Below are positions 8,442-18,108 of a stretch of DNA of 48,693 bases, in pieces. Source of the DNA: an uncultured Desulfohalobiaceae bacterium (lineage in GTDB: Bacteria > Desulfobacterota > Desulfovibrionia > Desulfovibrionales > Desulfothermaceae); contig CAYUNZ010000002.1 in NCBI GenBank assembly GCA_964446205.1, positions 1 to 48,693 of the forward strand, read 5' to 3'. Made by a program: the position numbers and the translations under genes. Each line of letters begins with the position of its first letter. The stretch's first letter is position 1. Under the pieces are notes generated by a model that was not told the origin of the DNA, ran no database searches, and saw only the letters and a program-made list of their open reading frames with translations.

Positions 8442-10400
8442 ATGAGGTACGCAGAAACAGGGTATAATTTAGAGGTAGATCTAACCCGAGGGAATATTGA
8501 GAAGGTACAGACTGATCCCAAGTTAACCAAACTTTATCTGGGAGGCCAGGGGACCGCAGCTAAGATACTTTGGGATAGGGTCCCTCCAGAGGTTGACCCG
8601 CTTTCTCCTGAGAATCTACTGATATTTAGTGCCGGGATTTTGGATGGCACGCCTGTTCCCGGTGCCAATCGCACCAATGTTAGTACTATTTCTCCCCAGA
8701 ATAATCTGTATAAAGATTCCTTGTTTGGAGGATTTTTTGGTCCGGAATTGAAACATGCTGGATACGACAAAATAGTTCTTAAAGGTAGGGCCTCTAACTT
8801 GGTTTATTTGTGGATAAACAATGACAAAGTGGAGATACGTGATGCTAGTCATCTACAGGGAAAAGGGGCCGGAGAGACTGCAGATATAATCAAAGAAGAG
8901 CTGGATGATCTAGATATTCAGGTAGCGGCAATTGGCCTGGCCGGAGAAAATAGGGTTGCCATGGCCTCGATTGAACACTCTAATGCCAGCTCCTCTCGCG
9001 GAGTTGGCGTGGTTATGGGTGATAAGCGTTTAAAGGCCATTGCTGTTCGAGGGACAAAAGATCTCAATATAGCCAAACCGGCTGAACTCTTTGAGAAAAG
9101 TCTAGACATGTTTCAATATATTTATGACCACCCGGAATATTGTGGGGATTTTATGGCCCACGAGGATGACGAAGAGTGGCACGTTGACAATTTCGCCTGG
9201 GGCAATGCCAGGGAGCGAAGAAAGGGTTTTTGGAATAAAGAACGGGAAGAGAGATGGAAGGCCCTCTCTGAAAGTATCAGATATAGATGGAACGGTTGCT
9301 ATAACTGCCCAAGGGATTGCCATCAAGCCTTACAGTATCCAGGACATCATACTATCTTCCAAAAATGCTATAGTAAGCTAACTTATGCTATGGCTGCCTA
9401 TGAGGAACTGGATTTCAATTATAAGATGATCAGCCGGACCCAGCAGTATGGACTGGATGGATACTCAACACCTCAGGTTTTAGCTTTTGCAGTTGAGTTA
9501 TACGAAGCTGGTATCTTAACAGATGAAGATCTGCCTGATTTCCCATCTGACAGCGCTGGGAGATTTTTTTATTTATTGGAGAAGATAGTTCATAGGGATG
9601 GTTTTGTCGGTGACGCCTTGGCTGAGGGAGTCTATCATGCAGCTCGTAAGATTGGCCGAGGGGCTGAGGAGTATGATCACAATACAATGAAAAAGAATGA
9701 GCAGGTACCGGTCAAGCTGGGCCGGGTTGCCTATCATTATTTCCTGATGTACGCCACTGGAGAAAAGATGAATATTACACAAATAGAAGGTTCCTTCCCC
9801 CAGATACCAATTCCGGATAAAGAAGCGAGGGAAAAATTTGTCCAAGGCTGGGATGCAGCTCCTGATTATTTTAAGAATTTGTATTTGGAATGGGAACCAC
9901 GTACTCAATTATCGGTTGATGGGGCAGTCAGGGTAGTTGATTGGAATGAGCTCATGCACTATGTCGATGACTCAGTTGGTACTTGTGCCTTTTTGTCCTC
10001 TTTTAGAGGTCAGTTTGGCGGGCGGCCTCCCTATCACATTCATAACTTACCGGTTTTTATCTCTCAGGCTACAGGGATGGATATCGATGCAGATCAGTTA
10101 TGGGAAATCGCAGCTAGAAATCGGAATTTGGTCAGGGCGATCAATGTCAGAAGGGGGATGAGAAGAGAAGATGAGAGACCTCCTGAAGATCATTGGAAGA
10201 AAAGAGAACCGGAGATGGAACAAAAATTACTTGATGAGTATTATAAATTTAAGGGCTGGACCAATGATGGTATCCCTACCAAAGGTAGATTGGACGAGCT
10301 TGATTTGGATTATGTCAGCCAAGAGCTTATTGACAGAGGTATCATAACCGGAAATGAGGAATATCTATCACAAAGTTCTTCAACAGAAGAAACGGCATAA
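8442..10400 (+). CDS. bamB: AOR-family tungstopterin oxidoreductase, BamB-like (catalytic subunit of class II benzoyl-CoA reductase)
   Basis: 652 aa. The N-terminal domain is of aldehyde:ferredoxin oxidoreductase type, and the [4Fe-4S] motif is CYNCPRDC. It is the first gene of a BamC/D/E/F-like series. Assignment to BamB rather than a generic AOR rests on that context. Confidence 0.7.
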   Translation: MRYAETGYNLEVDLTRGNIEKVQTDPKLTKLYLGGQGTAAKILWDRVPPEVDPLSPENLLIFSAGILDGTPVPGANRTNVSTISPQNNLYKDSLFGGFFGPELKHAGYDKIVLKGRASNLVYLWINNDKVEIRDASHLQGKGAGETADIIKEELDDLDIQVAAIGLAGENRVAMASIEHSNASSSRGVGVVMGDKRLKAIAVRGTKDLNIAKPAELFEKSLDMFQYIYDHPEYCGDFMAHEDDEEWHVDNFAWGNARERRKGFWNKEREERWKALSESIRYRWNGCYNCPRDCHQALQYPGHHTIFQKCYSKLTYAMAAYEELDFNYKMISRTQQYGLDGYSTPQVLAFAVELYEAGILTDEDLPDFPSDSAGRFFYLLEKIVHRDGFVGDALAEGVYHAARKIGRGAEEYDHNTMKKNEQVPVKLGRVAYHYFLMYATGEKMNITQIEGSFPQIPIPDKEAREKFVQGWDAAPDYFKNLYLEWEPRTQLSVDGAVRVVDWNELMHYVDDSVGTCAFLSSFRGQFGGRPPYHIHNLPVFISQATGMDIDADQLWEIAARNRNLVRAINVRRGMRREDERPPEDHWKKREPEMEQKLLDEYYKFKGWTNDGIPTKGRLDELDLDYVSQELIDRGIITGNEEYLSQSSSTEETA

Positions 10401-10410
10401 GATTTAGGGG

Positions 10411-10968
10411 GTGATAACCGTGAGTGATGGTCCAAAAACAAAAATTGTCAAAAAGATAAATGTTGATCTTGATAAGTGCATTGGCTGTCGGGCCTGTGAG
10501 ATGGCCTGCTCTGCATTTCATGCTGAACCAAAATACAGCATTGTTAATCCGGCAAGATCCCGTATTCGGGTGGTGATGGATGAAGTCAATGATGTCTATG
10601 TACCTATCAGAGCCGGTGATTATACGCCTGCTGAATGCAATGGCCGTCATACCTATACGATCAACGGTAAGGAGTATAAGGAGTGCAGTTTTTGCGGGGT
10701 TTGTTGCCCGGCTAGGGACTTGTTTAAGGAGCCTGATTCCGGACTACCTCTGAAATGTGATATGTGCGAAACTGATCCACCTTTGGAAGAGCCGGTATGC
10801 GTTCAAGTTTGTCGGGTTGATGCTTTGACTTATGAAGAATGGGAAGAGGAAATAGAAGAAGAGGAAGAAAAGCGAGAAGATTTACAGATAGGGCTGGAAG
10901 CATTGGCCAATAAATATGGTCTGGATAAAGTCATGGATACAATGGTTCAAATGTCAGAAACAGACTAA
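10411..10968 (+). CDS. bamC: Multi-[4Fe-4S] electron-transfer subunit, BamC-like
   Basis: 185 aa. Cys clusters are CIGCRACEMAC, CSFCGVCCP and CDMC...CVQVC, with an acidic C-terminus. The GTG at 10420 may be the true start, because the GGGGG RBS ends at 10410. Confidence 0.65.
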   Translation: MITVSDGPKTKIVKKINVDLDKCIGCRACEMACSAFHAEPKYSIVNPARSRIRVVMDEVNDVYVPIRAGDYTPAECNGRHTYTINGKEYKECSFCGVCCPARDLFKEPDSGLPLKCDMCETDPPLEEPVCVQVCRVDALTYEEWEEEIEEEEEKREDLQIGLEALANKYGLDKVMDTMVQMSETD

Positions 10969-11001
10969 AAAATTAGTAAGGCAAAAAGTGAGGATTTAAT
11001 T

Positions 11002-12153
11002 GTGGAAGCAGTAGCACCTTTCCAAGAGGTAATAGAAGAGATTAAACAGGCCGGTGGAGAAAGCTTTAGATTATGCTTCCAATGCGGACTATGTGATACT
11101 GTCTGTCCCTGGAACAAGGTCAGGAATTTTAGTATCCGCAAAATAATCCGGGAAGCTGCCTTTGGATTGTCCGAGATCGAAGGTGAAGAAATATGGCGCT
11201 GCACCAGCTGTGGCAAGTGTCCGGATCAATGCCCTAGGGGAGTAAGTCAGATAGACCTGGGAATCTCCTTAAGACGAATTGCTTCAGAGTACGAGATCTT
11301 TCCTACTTCTGTCCGTCCGGCTAGAACCGCTAGAGCAAGTCTTATCTCCGAAGGTAATCCCCTGCAAGGAGAGAGAAACAATCGGGCTGACTGGGCTAAA
11401 GATCTCTCAGTGAAAACTTTCACCGAAGATATGGATGTACTATATTTCCCTGGATGCTATCTTTGCTATGATCCTAGGATGAAAAAGGTGGCAGCCGCAA
11501 CTGTGAATATACTGAAAAAAGCTGGTGTTGACTTTGGAATACTTGGGACCAAAGAAAATTGTTGCGGGGAAAGTATAAGAAAGATAGGCAGCGAGGAAGT
11601 ATTCAAAACTCTAGCCAAAGAAAATATCAAAGCCTTTGTTGAAAATGGGGTCAAAAGGATTGTCGTGTCTTCTCCTCATTGTTATCACACCTTCAAGAAT
11701 GAATACCCGGAGTTTATGGTCAACTTCGACGTAATTCACATCTCTCAATACTTGTTAGAGCTTATCAATGAAGGGAAGTTGCAACTTAACCAGGAATACG
11801 GAAAAAAAGTAACTTACCATGATCCCTGTTATTTAGGTAGGCACAATGATATATATGATGAACCGCGAGAAATCCTAAAGAATATTCCTGGATTACAACT
11901 CAATGAGATGTCTGAAACAGGTAAATATAGTCTATGTTGCGGTGGTGGGGGTGGCAGAATATGGATGGATACGCCAAAGGATGAAAGATTCTCAGATATC
12001 AGATTGAAACAAGCCAATGATGTTGGGGCTGACGTTCTGGTTACCTGTTGTCCATACTGCATCACTAACTTTGAGGAAAGTAAATTGAATCTGGAATATG
12101 ATGATGTTTTAGATATTAAGGACATTACCGAGATTATCCAGGAAGTAATTTAG
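11002..12153 (+). CDS. bamD: HdrD-like Fe-S protein with two CCG domains, BamD-like
   Basis: 383 aa, GTG start with a GAGGA RBS. Two ferredoxin motifs (CFQCGLCDTVCP, CTSCGKCPDQCP) and two cysteine-rich CCG domains (CCGES, CCGGGGG, CPYC). Confidence 0.7.
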   Translation: MEAVAPFQEVIEEIKQAGGESFRLCFQCGLCDTVCPWNKVRNFSIRKIIREAAFGLSEIEGEEIWRCTSCGKCPDQCPRGVSQIDLGISLRRIASEYEIFPTSVRPARTARASLISEGNPLQGERNNRADWAKDLSVKTFTEDMDVLYFPGCYLCYDPRMKKVAAATVNILKKAGVDFGILGTKENCCGESIRKIGSEEVFKTLAKENIKAFVENGVKRIVVSSPHCYHTFKNEYPEFMVNFDVIHISQYLLELINEGKLQLNQEYGKKVTYHDPCYLGRHNDIYDEPREILKNIPGLQLNEMSETGKYSLCCGGGGGRIWMDTPKDERFSDIRLKQANDVGADVLVTCCPYCITNFEESKLNLEYDDVLDIKDITEIIQEVI

Positions 12154-12178
12154 GTAAACCAAAAAAACCTGAAAAAGG

Positions 12179-15100
12179 ATGGAGAAAGTGGAACAAGAAC
12201 AAGTATCCAAAGAAAGAATTCAACAACTATGCAATCGACATGGAGAGAGTAGTTTTGGAGATGTCATGGTTGTTGGTGGTGGGATAAGCGGCATCCAAGC
12301 CTCTTTAGATCTAGCCGGTGCTGGTTTTAAGGTTTATCTTATTGAGAAGTCCCCTGCTATCGGCGGTCATATGGCCCAGCTGGATAAGACCTATCCAACC
12401 AATGACTGCTCGATGTGAATACTCTCGCCAAAACTGGTCGAGGTCGACCGGCATCCAAATATAGAGGTTTTAACCTATACAGAAGTCGATAAAGTAGAAG
12501 GACAGGCAGGGGATTTTAATGTATCTCTGACCAGAAAGCCTAGATACATTAAAGAGGACAAATGCACTGGTTGTGGTACTTGTGCAGAATACTGCCCGGT
12601 TAACATCCCTGATCCATTTAATCAGGAGATATCTCAGAACAAAGCAGTCCATGTCTACTTTGCTCAGGCAATACCCCTTATAGCCTATATTGATGAAAAC
12701 TGTCTCTACCTTAAAGAAAATAAATGCCGTATCTGCGAAGCTGTTTGTGATAATAAGGCCATTGACCTTAATCAAAAAGAAGAGAAGGTAGAAGTAAATG
12801 TCGGAGCCATCCTTTTGTCTCTGGGCTATGATGTCTTTGATCCCAAAGTCAGGGACGAGTATGGCTATGGCAAGCTCCAGAACGTGGTAACCAGCATGGA
12901 CTTTGAACGTCTGTTGTGTGCAACTGGCCCATATGAAGGAGAGATACTTCGTCCTTCTGATAAAGACTATCCTCACAAGATAGCCTGGCTTCAATGTATT
13001 GGTTCCAGACGCGTTACTCCTGGCGACAATAGTTATTGTTCAGCTGTATGTTGTACATATACCCAAAAACAAGTCATGTTAACCAAAGAGCATGACACCG
13101 AGGCAGAGTGTACTGTATTCCATAACGATATTCGTTCATATGGCAAAGACTTCGAGCTATATTACCAAAAAACAGATCAACTTTCCGGGACCAGGTTTAT
13201 AAGGAGTTATGCCTCAATAGTCGGAGAGAGTCCAGAGAGTAAGAATATAGTTATAAAATATTCTACTACTGATGAAGGTGTGAAAGAGGAAGAGTTTGAT
13301 CTGGTTGTTTTATCGGTTGGATTGAATCCTCCGGCAAATCATCATGAATTGGCCAATAAGTTTGGGATTGAATTAAATGAACACGGATTTTGTAAAACTG
13401 ATTCTTCCAATCTTATGAAGACCAGCAGACCTGGTATTTTTGTCAGTGGAGCCTTTCAGGGTCCCATGGATATTCCTGAGTCGGTCTTTACCGCTTGCGG
13501 AGCTGGTTCACAATTGGGAGAGTTCTTGAACAAGCGGCGATGGAGACTGACCAAAGACAGGATATATCCCCCGGAAAGGGATGTATCACAAGAGGCACCC
13601 CGGATAGGCGTCTTTGTTTGTCATTGCGGGGCTAATATCGGTCGGGTAGTCGATGTTCCCTCAGTTGTTGACTATTGTTTGACTTTACCCAATGTTGTCT
13701 ATGCCCAGGAACAGCTATTTTCATGCGCTACCAATTCTGCCAATGAAATCACTGATATGACTAAAGAAAAAGGTCTCAACCGGGTGATCATAGCTGCTTG
13801 CTCGCCAAGGACCCTGGAACCATTATTTAGGGATACCCTGCAAGAGGCAGGTATTAATCAATATTATCTGGATATGGCCAATATAAGGGAACATAACTCC
13901 TGGGTCCATGCCAAAGAACCTGAAGAGGCCACAGAAAAGGCTAAGGACCTGATTCGGATGTCTGCGGCACGAGCCGCCCATTTGGAGCCTTTACAGGATA
14001 TCGATTTACCGGTGACCAAGACGGCTTTGGTTGTCGGTGGGGGGATAGCCGGGATGACCTGTGCTCTGTCTATTGCCAACCAAGGACATGAGGTCCACTT
14101 GGTTGAAAAGGATTCAGACCTTGGTGGAATGGCCAGGAGAATCCATTACACTCTGGAAGGGATGGATGTGCAGGCCTATTTACATGATCTCATTCGAAAT
14201 GTTTATAAAAATCCTTTAATACATGTCTATCATAATGCTACTCTGACAGAGGCTACCGGTTATATTGGCAATTTCACAACCAAGGTCCAATCTGAAGGCA
14301 GGGTTCAAGAGATTGAACATGGAGCAACTATACTATCTATCGGGGCTGATGAATATCAACCCTCAGAATACCTCTATGGACAAGACGACAGGGTAATGAC
14401 CCATGTTGAGCTGGAAGAGAGGATTGCTAAGGGAGATGAAGATCTGAGCAATGCTGAAAGTCTGGTCATGATTCAGTGTGTAGGTTGCCGTAATGAAGAC
14501 AGAAATTATTGTTCGCGGGTATGCTGTAGTCATGCTATAAAGAACGCCTTAATGTTAAAAGATAAGAAACCGGAAATGGATATCTACATCCTGTATCGGG
14601 ATATGAGGACCTATGGCTTAAAAGAGGATTATTACCGTGAGGCAGCTGATAAAGATGTCAAGTTTATTCGGTGGGATCCAGAGGATAAACCGGAGATAGA
14701 GGCCACTAAAGAAGGGGGCAAGGATATTCTGCGTGTCACTGTATCTGATCCTATTTTGGGTGAAAGACTGGCTATAGATGCTGATTATCTCTCATTGGCC
14801 GCTGCTGTTGTTCCTCCGGAAGATAACAGTGAAATTGCTCAACTGTTCAAAGTGTCTTTGGGACCGGATCAATTTTTTAAAGAAGCCCATGTCAAATTGA
14901 GACCTGTTGAGTTCAGTGCAGACGGGGTTTTTCTCTGTGGAACGGCTCACTACCCCAAACACATTCCGGAAACGATAAATCAGGCTTATGGAGCTGCCGG
15001 TAGGGCCTTAACCCTTCTCTCTCATGAGATAGTCACAGTTTCCGGTGCTGTATGTGAGGTGGATGAGAACATGTGTATTGGCTGTGAGGCCTGTATGTCT

Positions 15101-15325
15101 GCCTGTACCTACGGGGCTATAGAAATGAAGGATACAAAACAAGGCAAAAAAGCTGTAGTTAATCCTGTCCTCTGTAAAGGTGATGGCCTCTGCAATGCCA
15201 AATGTCCAACAGGTGCAATCACCTTAAAGCACTTTACTGATCAGGAGATCTTGAGTCAGATTGATGTGGCTATACCAGAACAAGAGGCTGTCCAAGAGTA
15301 TGATGCGGCGGTTGGTGATGTCTAG
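12179..15325 (+). CDS. bamE: HdrA-like FAD/Fe-S flavoprotein with selenocysteine (in-frame UGA at 12416-12418), BamE-like
   Basis: ORFs 12179-12418 and 12815-15325 are in the same frame. I translated 12419-12814 and found no stop. The UGA sits in the motif [15 protein letters not shown], where HdrA homologues carry Cys. Also has two GxGxxG FAD motifs ([16 protein letters not shown]) and several ferredoxin motifs. Total 1048 codons. Confidence 0.8.
12434..12451 (+). promoter_or_regulatory. Candidate SECIS hairpin for the bamE-like UGA
   Basis: CUGGUC (12434-12439) pairs with GACCGG (12446-12451) in a 6-bp stem that includes one G-U pair. The apical loop is GAGGUC and starts 22 nt after the UGA. 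Confidence 0.35.
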
Positions 15326-15375
15326 AAATATAAAAAACATCGAGTCGAAATCCGCAATAAAGGAGGTGAGAACAA

Positions 15376-16227
15376 ATGAGCTCAGGGTTTATGTTTAAAC
15401 CTAGGATTTTAGGTTTTGTCTGCCATTGGTGAGGATATGGCGCTGCTGATTTGGCTGGAGTTTCCAGACTACAATATGCTACTGATGTAAGATTAATTCG
15501 TGTCATGTGCTCTGGTAGAATCGACCTGGATTTTGTCCTCAGGTCCTTCTCTAATGGGCTAGATGGGGTGATTATTTGTGGTTGTCACCTAAATGAATGC
15601 AATTATATTACCCATGGAAATTACGATGCCCTAAATATGGTCCTATTATGTAAAAAGATTTTGGAACATAAAGGCTTAAATCCGGAAAGGTTGAGAATTG
15701 AATTTATGTCAGCCGGAGAAGGTAACCGTTTTGCCGAAGTTATGAATGATTTCGGTAAAAAGGTGGAAGAGCTAGGTCCTTTGGGTCAAGGCGAGGGGCA
15801 GGAACAAAGTGAATTAAAGTCAGAAATAGAAGAGGTTAGAAAGCTGGTTCCTTATATCAAGATGGTGGAGAGGGACAAATTAGGGTCACGTATACAGAAT
15901 AAGGAAGAATATGAAGGGTTGTTTTCTAATGAAGAAGTAGAAAGTTTACTTACTGAAGTGCCCTCATATTATATTGATCCGGAAAAGTGTCAGGCTTGTA
16001 TGATTTGTCTTAGGAGATGTCCAGTGGAGGCGATTATTGGCGGCAAGAATCAAATCCATGTTATTGATCAGGATAAATGTATTAAATGCGGCACCTGTTT
16101 TGAGGCTTGTCCACCAAAATTTGGTGCAGTCAGAAAGATTACTGACGAGCCTGTTCCGCCTCCTGTCCCTGAAGAAGAGAGAACCATAGTTAGAAAGAAA
16201 AAAGAAAAATCTAAATCAGCTGGTTAA
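15376..16227 (+). CDS. bamF: MvhD-like/ferredoxin fusion protein with selenocysteine (in-frame UGA at 15430-15432), BamF-like
   Basis: ATG at 15376 lies behind an AGGAGGTG RBS (15361-15368). It reads MSSGFMFKPRILGFVCHW-U-GYGAADLAGVSRLQY, in frame with the track ORF at 15451. The UGA replaces the Cys of the conserved MvhD motif (C-x-W-C-x-Y-x-G-A-D-x-A-G). The C-terminus has two ferredoxin motifs (CQACMICLRRCP, CIKCGTCFEACP). Confidence 0.8.
15453..15469 (+). promoter_or_regulatory. Candidate SECIS hairpin for the bamF-like UGA
   Basis: GGCUGG (15453-15458) pairs with CCAGAC (15464-15469), with one internal mismatch. The apical loop is AGUUU and starts 27 nt after the UGA. Confidence 0.3.
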
Positions 16228-16256
16228 GAAACCAATATAATACGGAGGTAATCAAA

Positions 16257-17039
16257 TTGAAAATTCTGACAACAATAAAAAAGGTTATTGATGTGGAACT
16301 GAATCTCCACGTTCAGGACGGTTCCATAGTTGAGCAGGGTTTGCAATACGTTATAAATGCTTGGGACGAAAGTGCGGTTGAAACCTCTGTTCAGCTTAAG
16401 GAAAACAATAGTGCGGAAACAACTCTGGTTAGTATTGGTGGTGGAGACAATACCGATATCATCAGAAGATGTTATGCAATGGGGATTGAGAACGGAATCC
16501 ATATTGATGATCAATCCTGGGACAAGGCTGATTCATTTATCTTTGCCAAAACACTTCAAAAGGTTTATGAGAACGGTAATTACGATCTGGTCATCACCGG
16601 GAAGCAGGCCCAAGACACGGATAATGGTCAAACCGGTATTATTTTGGCTGAATATCTAGGTTTGCCTTGTGTCAGTAATGTCATTGGTATCGAAGTTGTT
16701 GATGATCAACACATTAAAGTCTCTCGAGCTGGTGATGGAGGGACAGAAATAATCGATTTAGAATTGCCGGCTGTTGTTACTGTTGACGTAAGTATCAACG
16801 AACCGAGACTGCCGTCAATGCGGGGTATTATGATGGCCAAGAAAAAGTCCTTTGATCAGATGGATCTGTCGGCTTTAGGGACTTCAGTGGATGAAATCGG
16901 ATTATCAAGCCCAAAATCGGAAGTTGTCGAATTTAAGGAACCTAAAATGCGTCAGGCCGGACAGAAATTTGAGGGTGATCCTGCTGAGATTACTCCTCAG
17001 GTAGTCAACCTTTTGGCCAATGAAGCAAAGGTATTATAG
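16257..17039 (+). CDS. etfB: Electron transfer flavoprotein, beta subunit
   Basis: 260 aa, TTG start 8 nt after a GGAGG RBS. The MKILTTIK N-terminus and overall sequence are typical of EtfB. Confidence 0.9.
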   Translation: MKILTTIKKVIDVELNLHVQDGSIVEQGLQYVINAWDESAVETSVQLKENNSAETTLVSIGGGDNTDIIRRCYAMGIENGIHIDDQSWDKADSFIFAKTLQKVYENGNYDLVITGKQAQDTDNGQTGIILAEYLGLPCVSNVIGIEVVDDQHIKVSRAGDGGTEIIDLELPAVVTVDVSINEPRLPSMRGIMMAKKKSFDQMDLSALGTSVDEIGLSSPKSEVVEFKEPKMRQAGQKFEGDPAEITPQVVNLLANEAKVL

Positions 17040-17105
17040 GTAAATTTAAAATTATCTAATATTATAGATTGGACAAAAACCAGATTCAGAAAGGGAAAAA
17101 ATACT

Positions 17106-18065
17106 ATGGCTAAAATACTCGTAATTGCAGATATTAAACAAGGTGTCTTGAAAGGTAGCACTTCCGAATTGTTATCTAAAGCTAAGGATCTTGGAGCAGA
17201 AACCGCAGTCTTGGCTATTGGCAGTAATATTGAGTCTCTAACTAATGATCTTGTTAATGCAGGGTCTGATACCCAATACATTGCAGATGACTCCAGTCTG
17301 GAACTTTTTTCCGCCACTCCTTATGCCTTTTGTGTACTAGACGCAGCCAAACAATTTGGGGCTGATCAGATTTGGTTCGGTTTTTCCGAAAGTGGTAAGG
17401 CAGTTGCTCCCAAAGTTGCAGCTCAGCTGGATGCAGCCTGCGCTACTGATATTGTCGATGTAACCTTGCAGGATGATCAGGTTGAGATAACCAGACCGGC
17501 ATATGCAAATAAGCTTATCCAGCGAGTCAAAGTCAATACAGAAAAATTAGTAGCTGTTGTCAGAGCTGGTGCCTTTGAGGCCACAGAAGGCATCTCCGGC
17601 ACTGAAAACGTGGTCAAGCTTTCCCCGCCAGAAAAGGATGTCAAGGCAGCCATTAAAGATATCATATCTGATGCAACCGGAGAGATTGAACTAACAGATG
17701 CCGATATAGTCATCTCAGTCGGTCGAGGAGTCAGGGATCAGGCCGGTGTTGATCAGGTAAAAGAACTGGCCAATGATCTGAATGCGGGTGTGGGTTCTTC
17801 CAGAGCTATGGTAGATGGTGGTTTCATGCCTCACAATACCCAGGTCGGACAAACAGGAAAGATTGTAGCTCCCTCCCTTTATATGGCTTTTGGTATTTCC
17901 GGAGCTATTCAGCACCTGGCCGGCATGACCGGTTCGAAAGTTATATTGGCTGTCAATAAAGACCCTGAGGCTCCGATTTTCAATGTGGCTGATTATGGTA
18001 TAGTTGGAGATTTGTTCGAGGTCCTTCCTATACTTAAGGAAGAGATTAAAAAGGTTAGAAGCTAG
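17106..18065 (+). CDS. etfA: Electron transfer flavoprotein, alpha subunit
   Basis: 319 aa with the EtfA FAD-binding signature PSLYMAFGISGAIQHLAGM. Confidence 0.9.
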   Translation: MAKILVIADIKQGVLKGSTSELLSKAKDLGAETAVLAIGSNIESLTNDLVNAGSDTQYIADDSSLELFSATPYAFCVLDAAKQFGADQIWFGFSESGKAVAPKVAAQLDAACATDIVDVTLQDDQVEITRPAYANKLIQRVKVNTEKLVAVVRAGAFEATEGISGTENVVKLSPPEKDVKAAIKDIISDATGEIELTDADIVISVGRGVRDQAGVDQVKELANDLNAGVGSSRAMVDGGFMPHNTQVGQTGKIVAPSLYMAFGISGAIQHLAGMTGSKVILAVNKDPEAPIFNVADYGIVGDLFEVLPILKEEIKKVRS

Positions 18066-18108
18066 AACAGTTTTTTCAGATCTTAATTCAATCGCTGACG
18101 AGGTGGCT

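Noticed and set aside
12470-12994. 174-aa minus-strand ORF filling the apparent gap between the two HdrA-like ORFs
   Set aside because: It lies antisense to an open, motif-rich continuation of the HdrA-like frame (ferredoxin motifs [12 protein letters not shown] and CRICEAVC). The gap is an artefact of the in-frame UGA (Sec), not a separate gene.
18004-18108. Upstream extension of the membrane Fe-S protein ORF
   Set aside because: It would overlap the 3' end of etfA by 62 nt and encodes a non-hydrophobic leader. The ATG at 18109 has a GAGGTGG RBS and starts directly with a TM helix.
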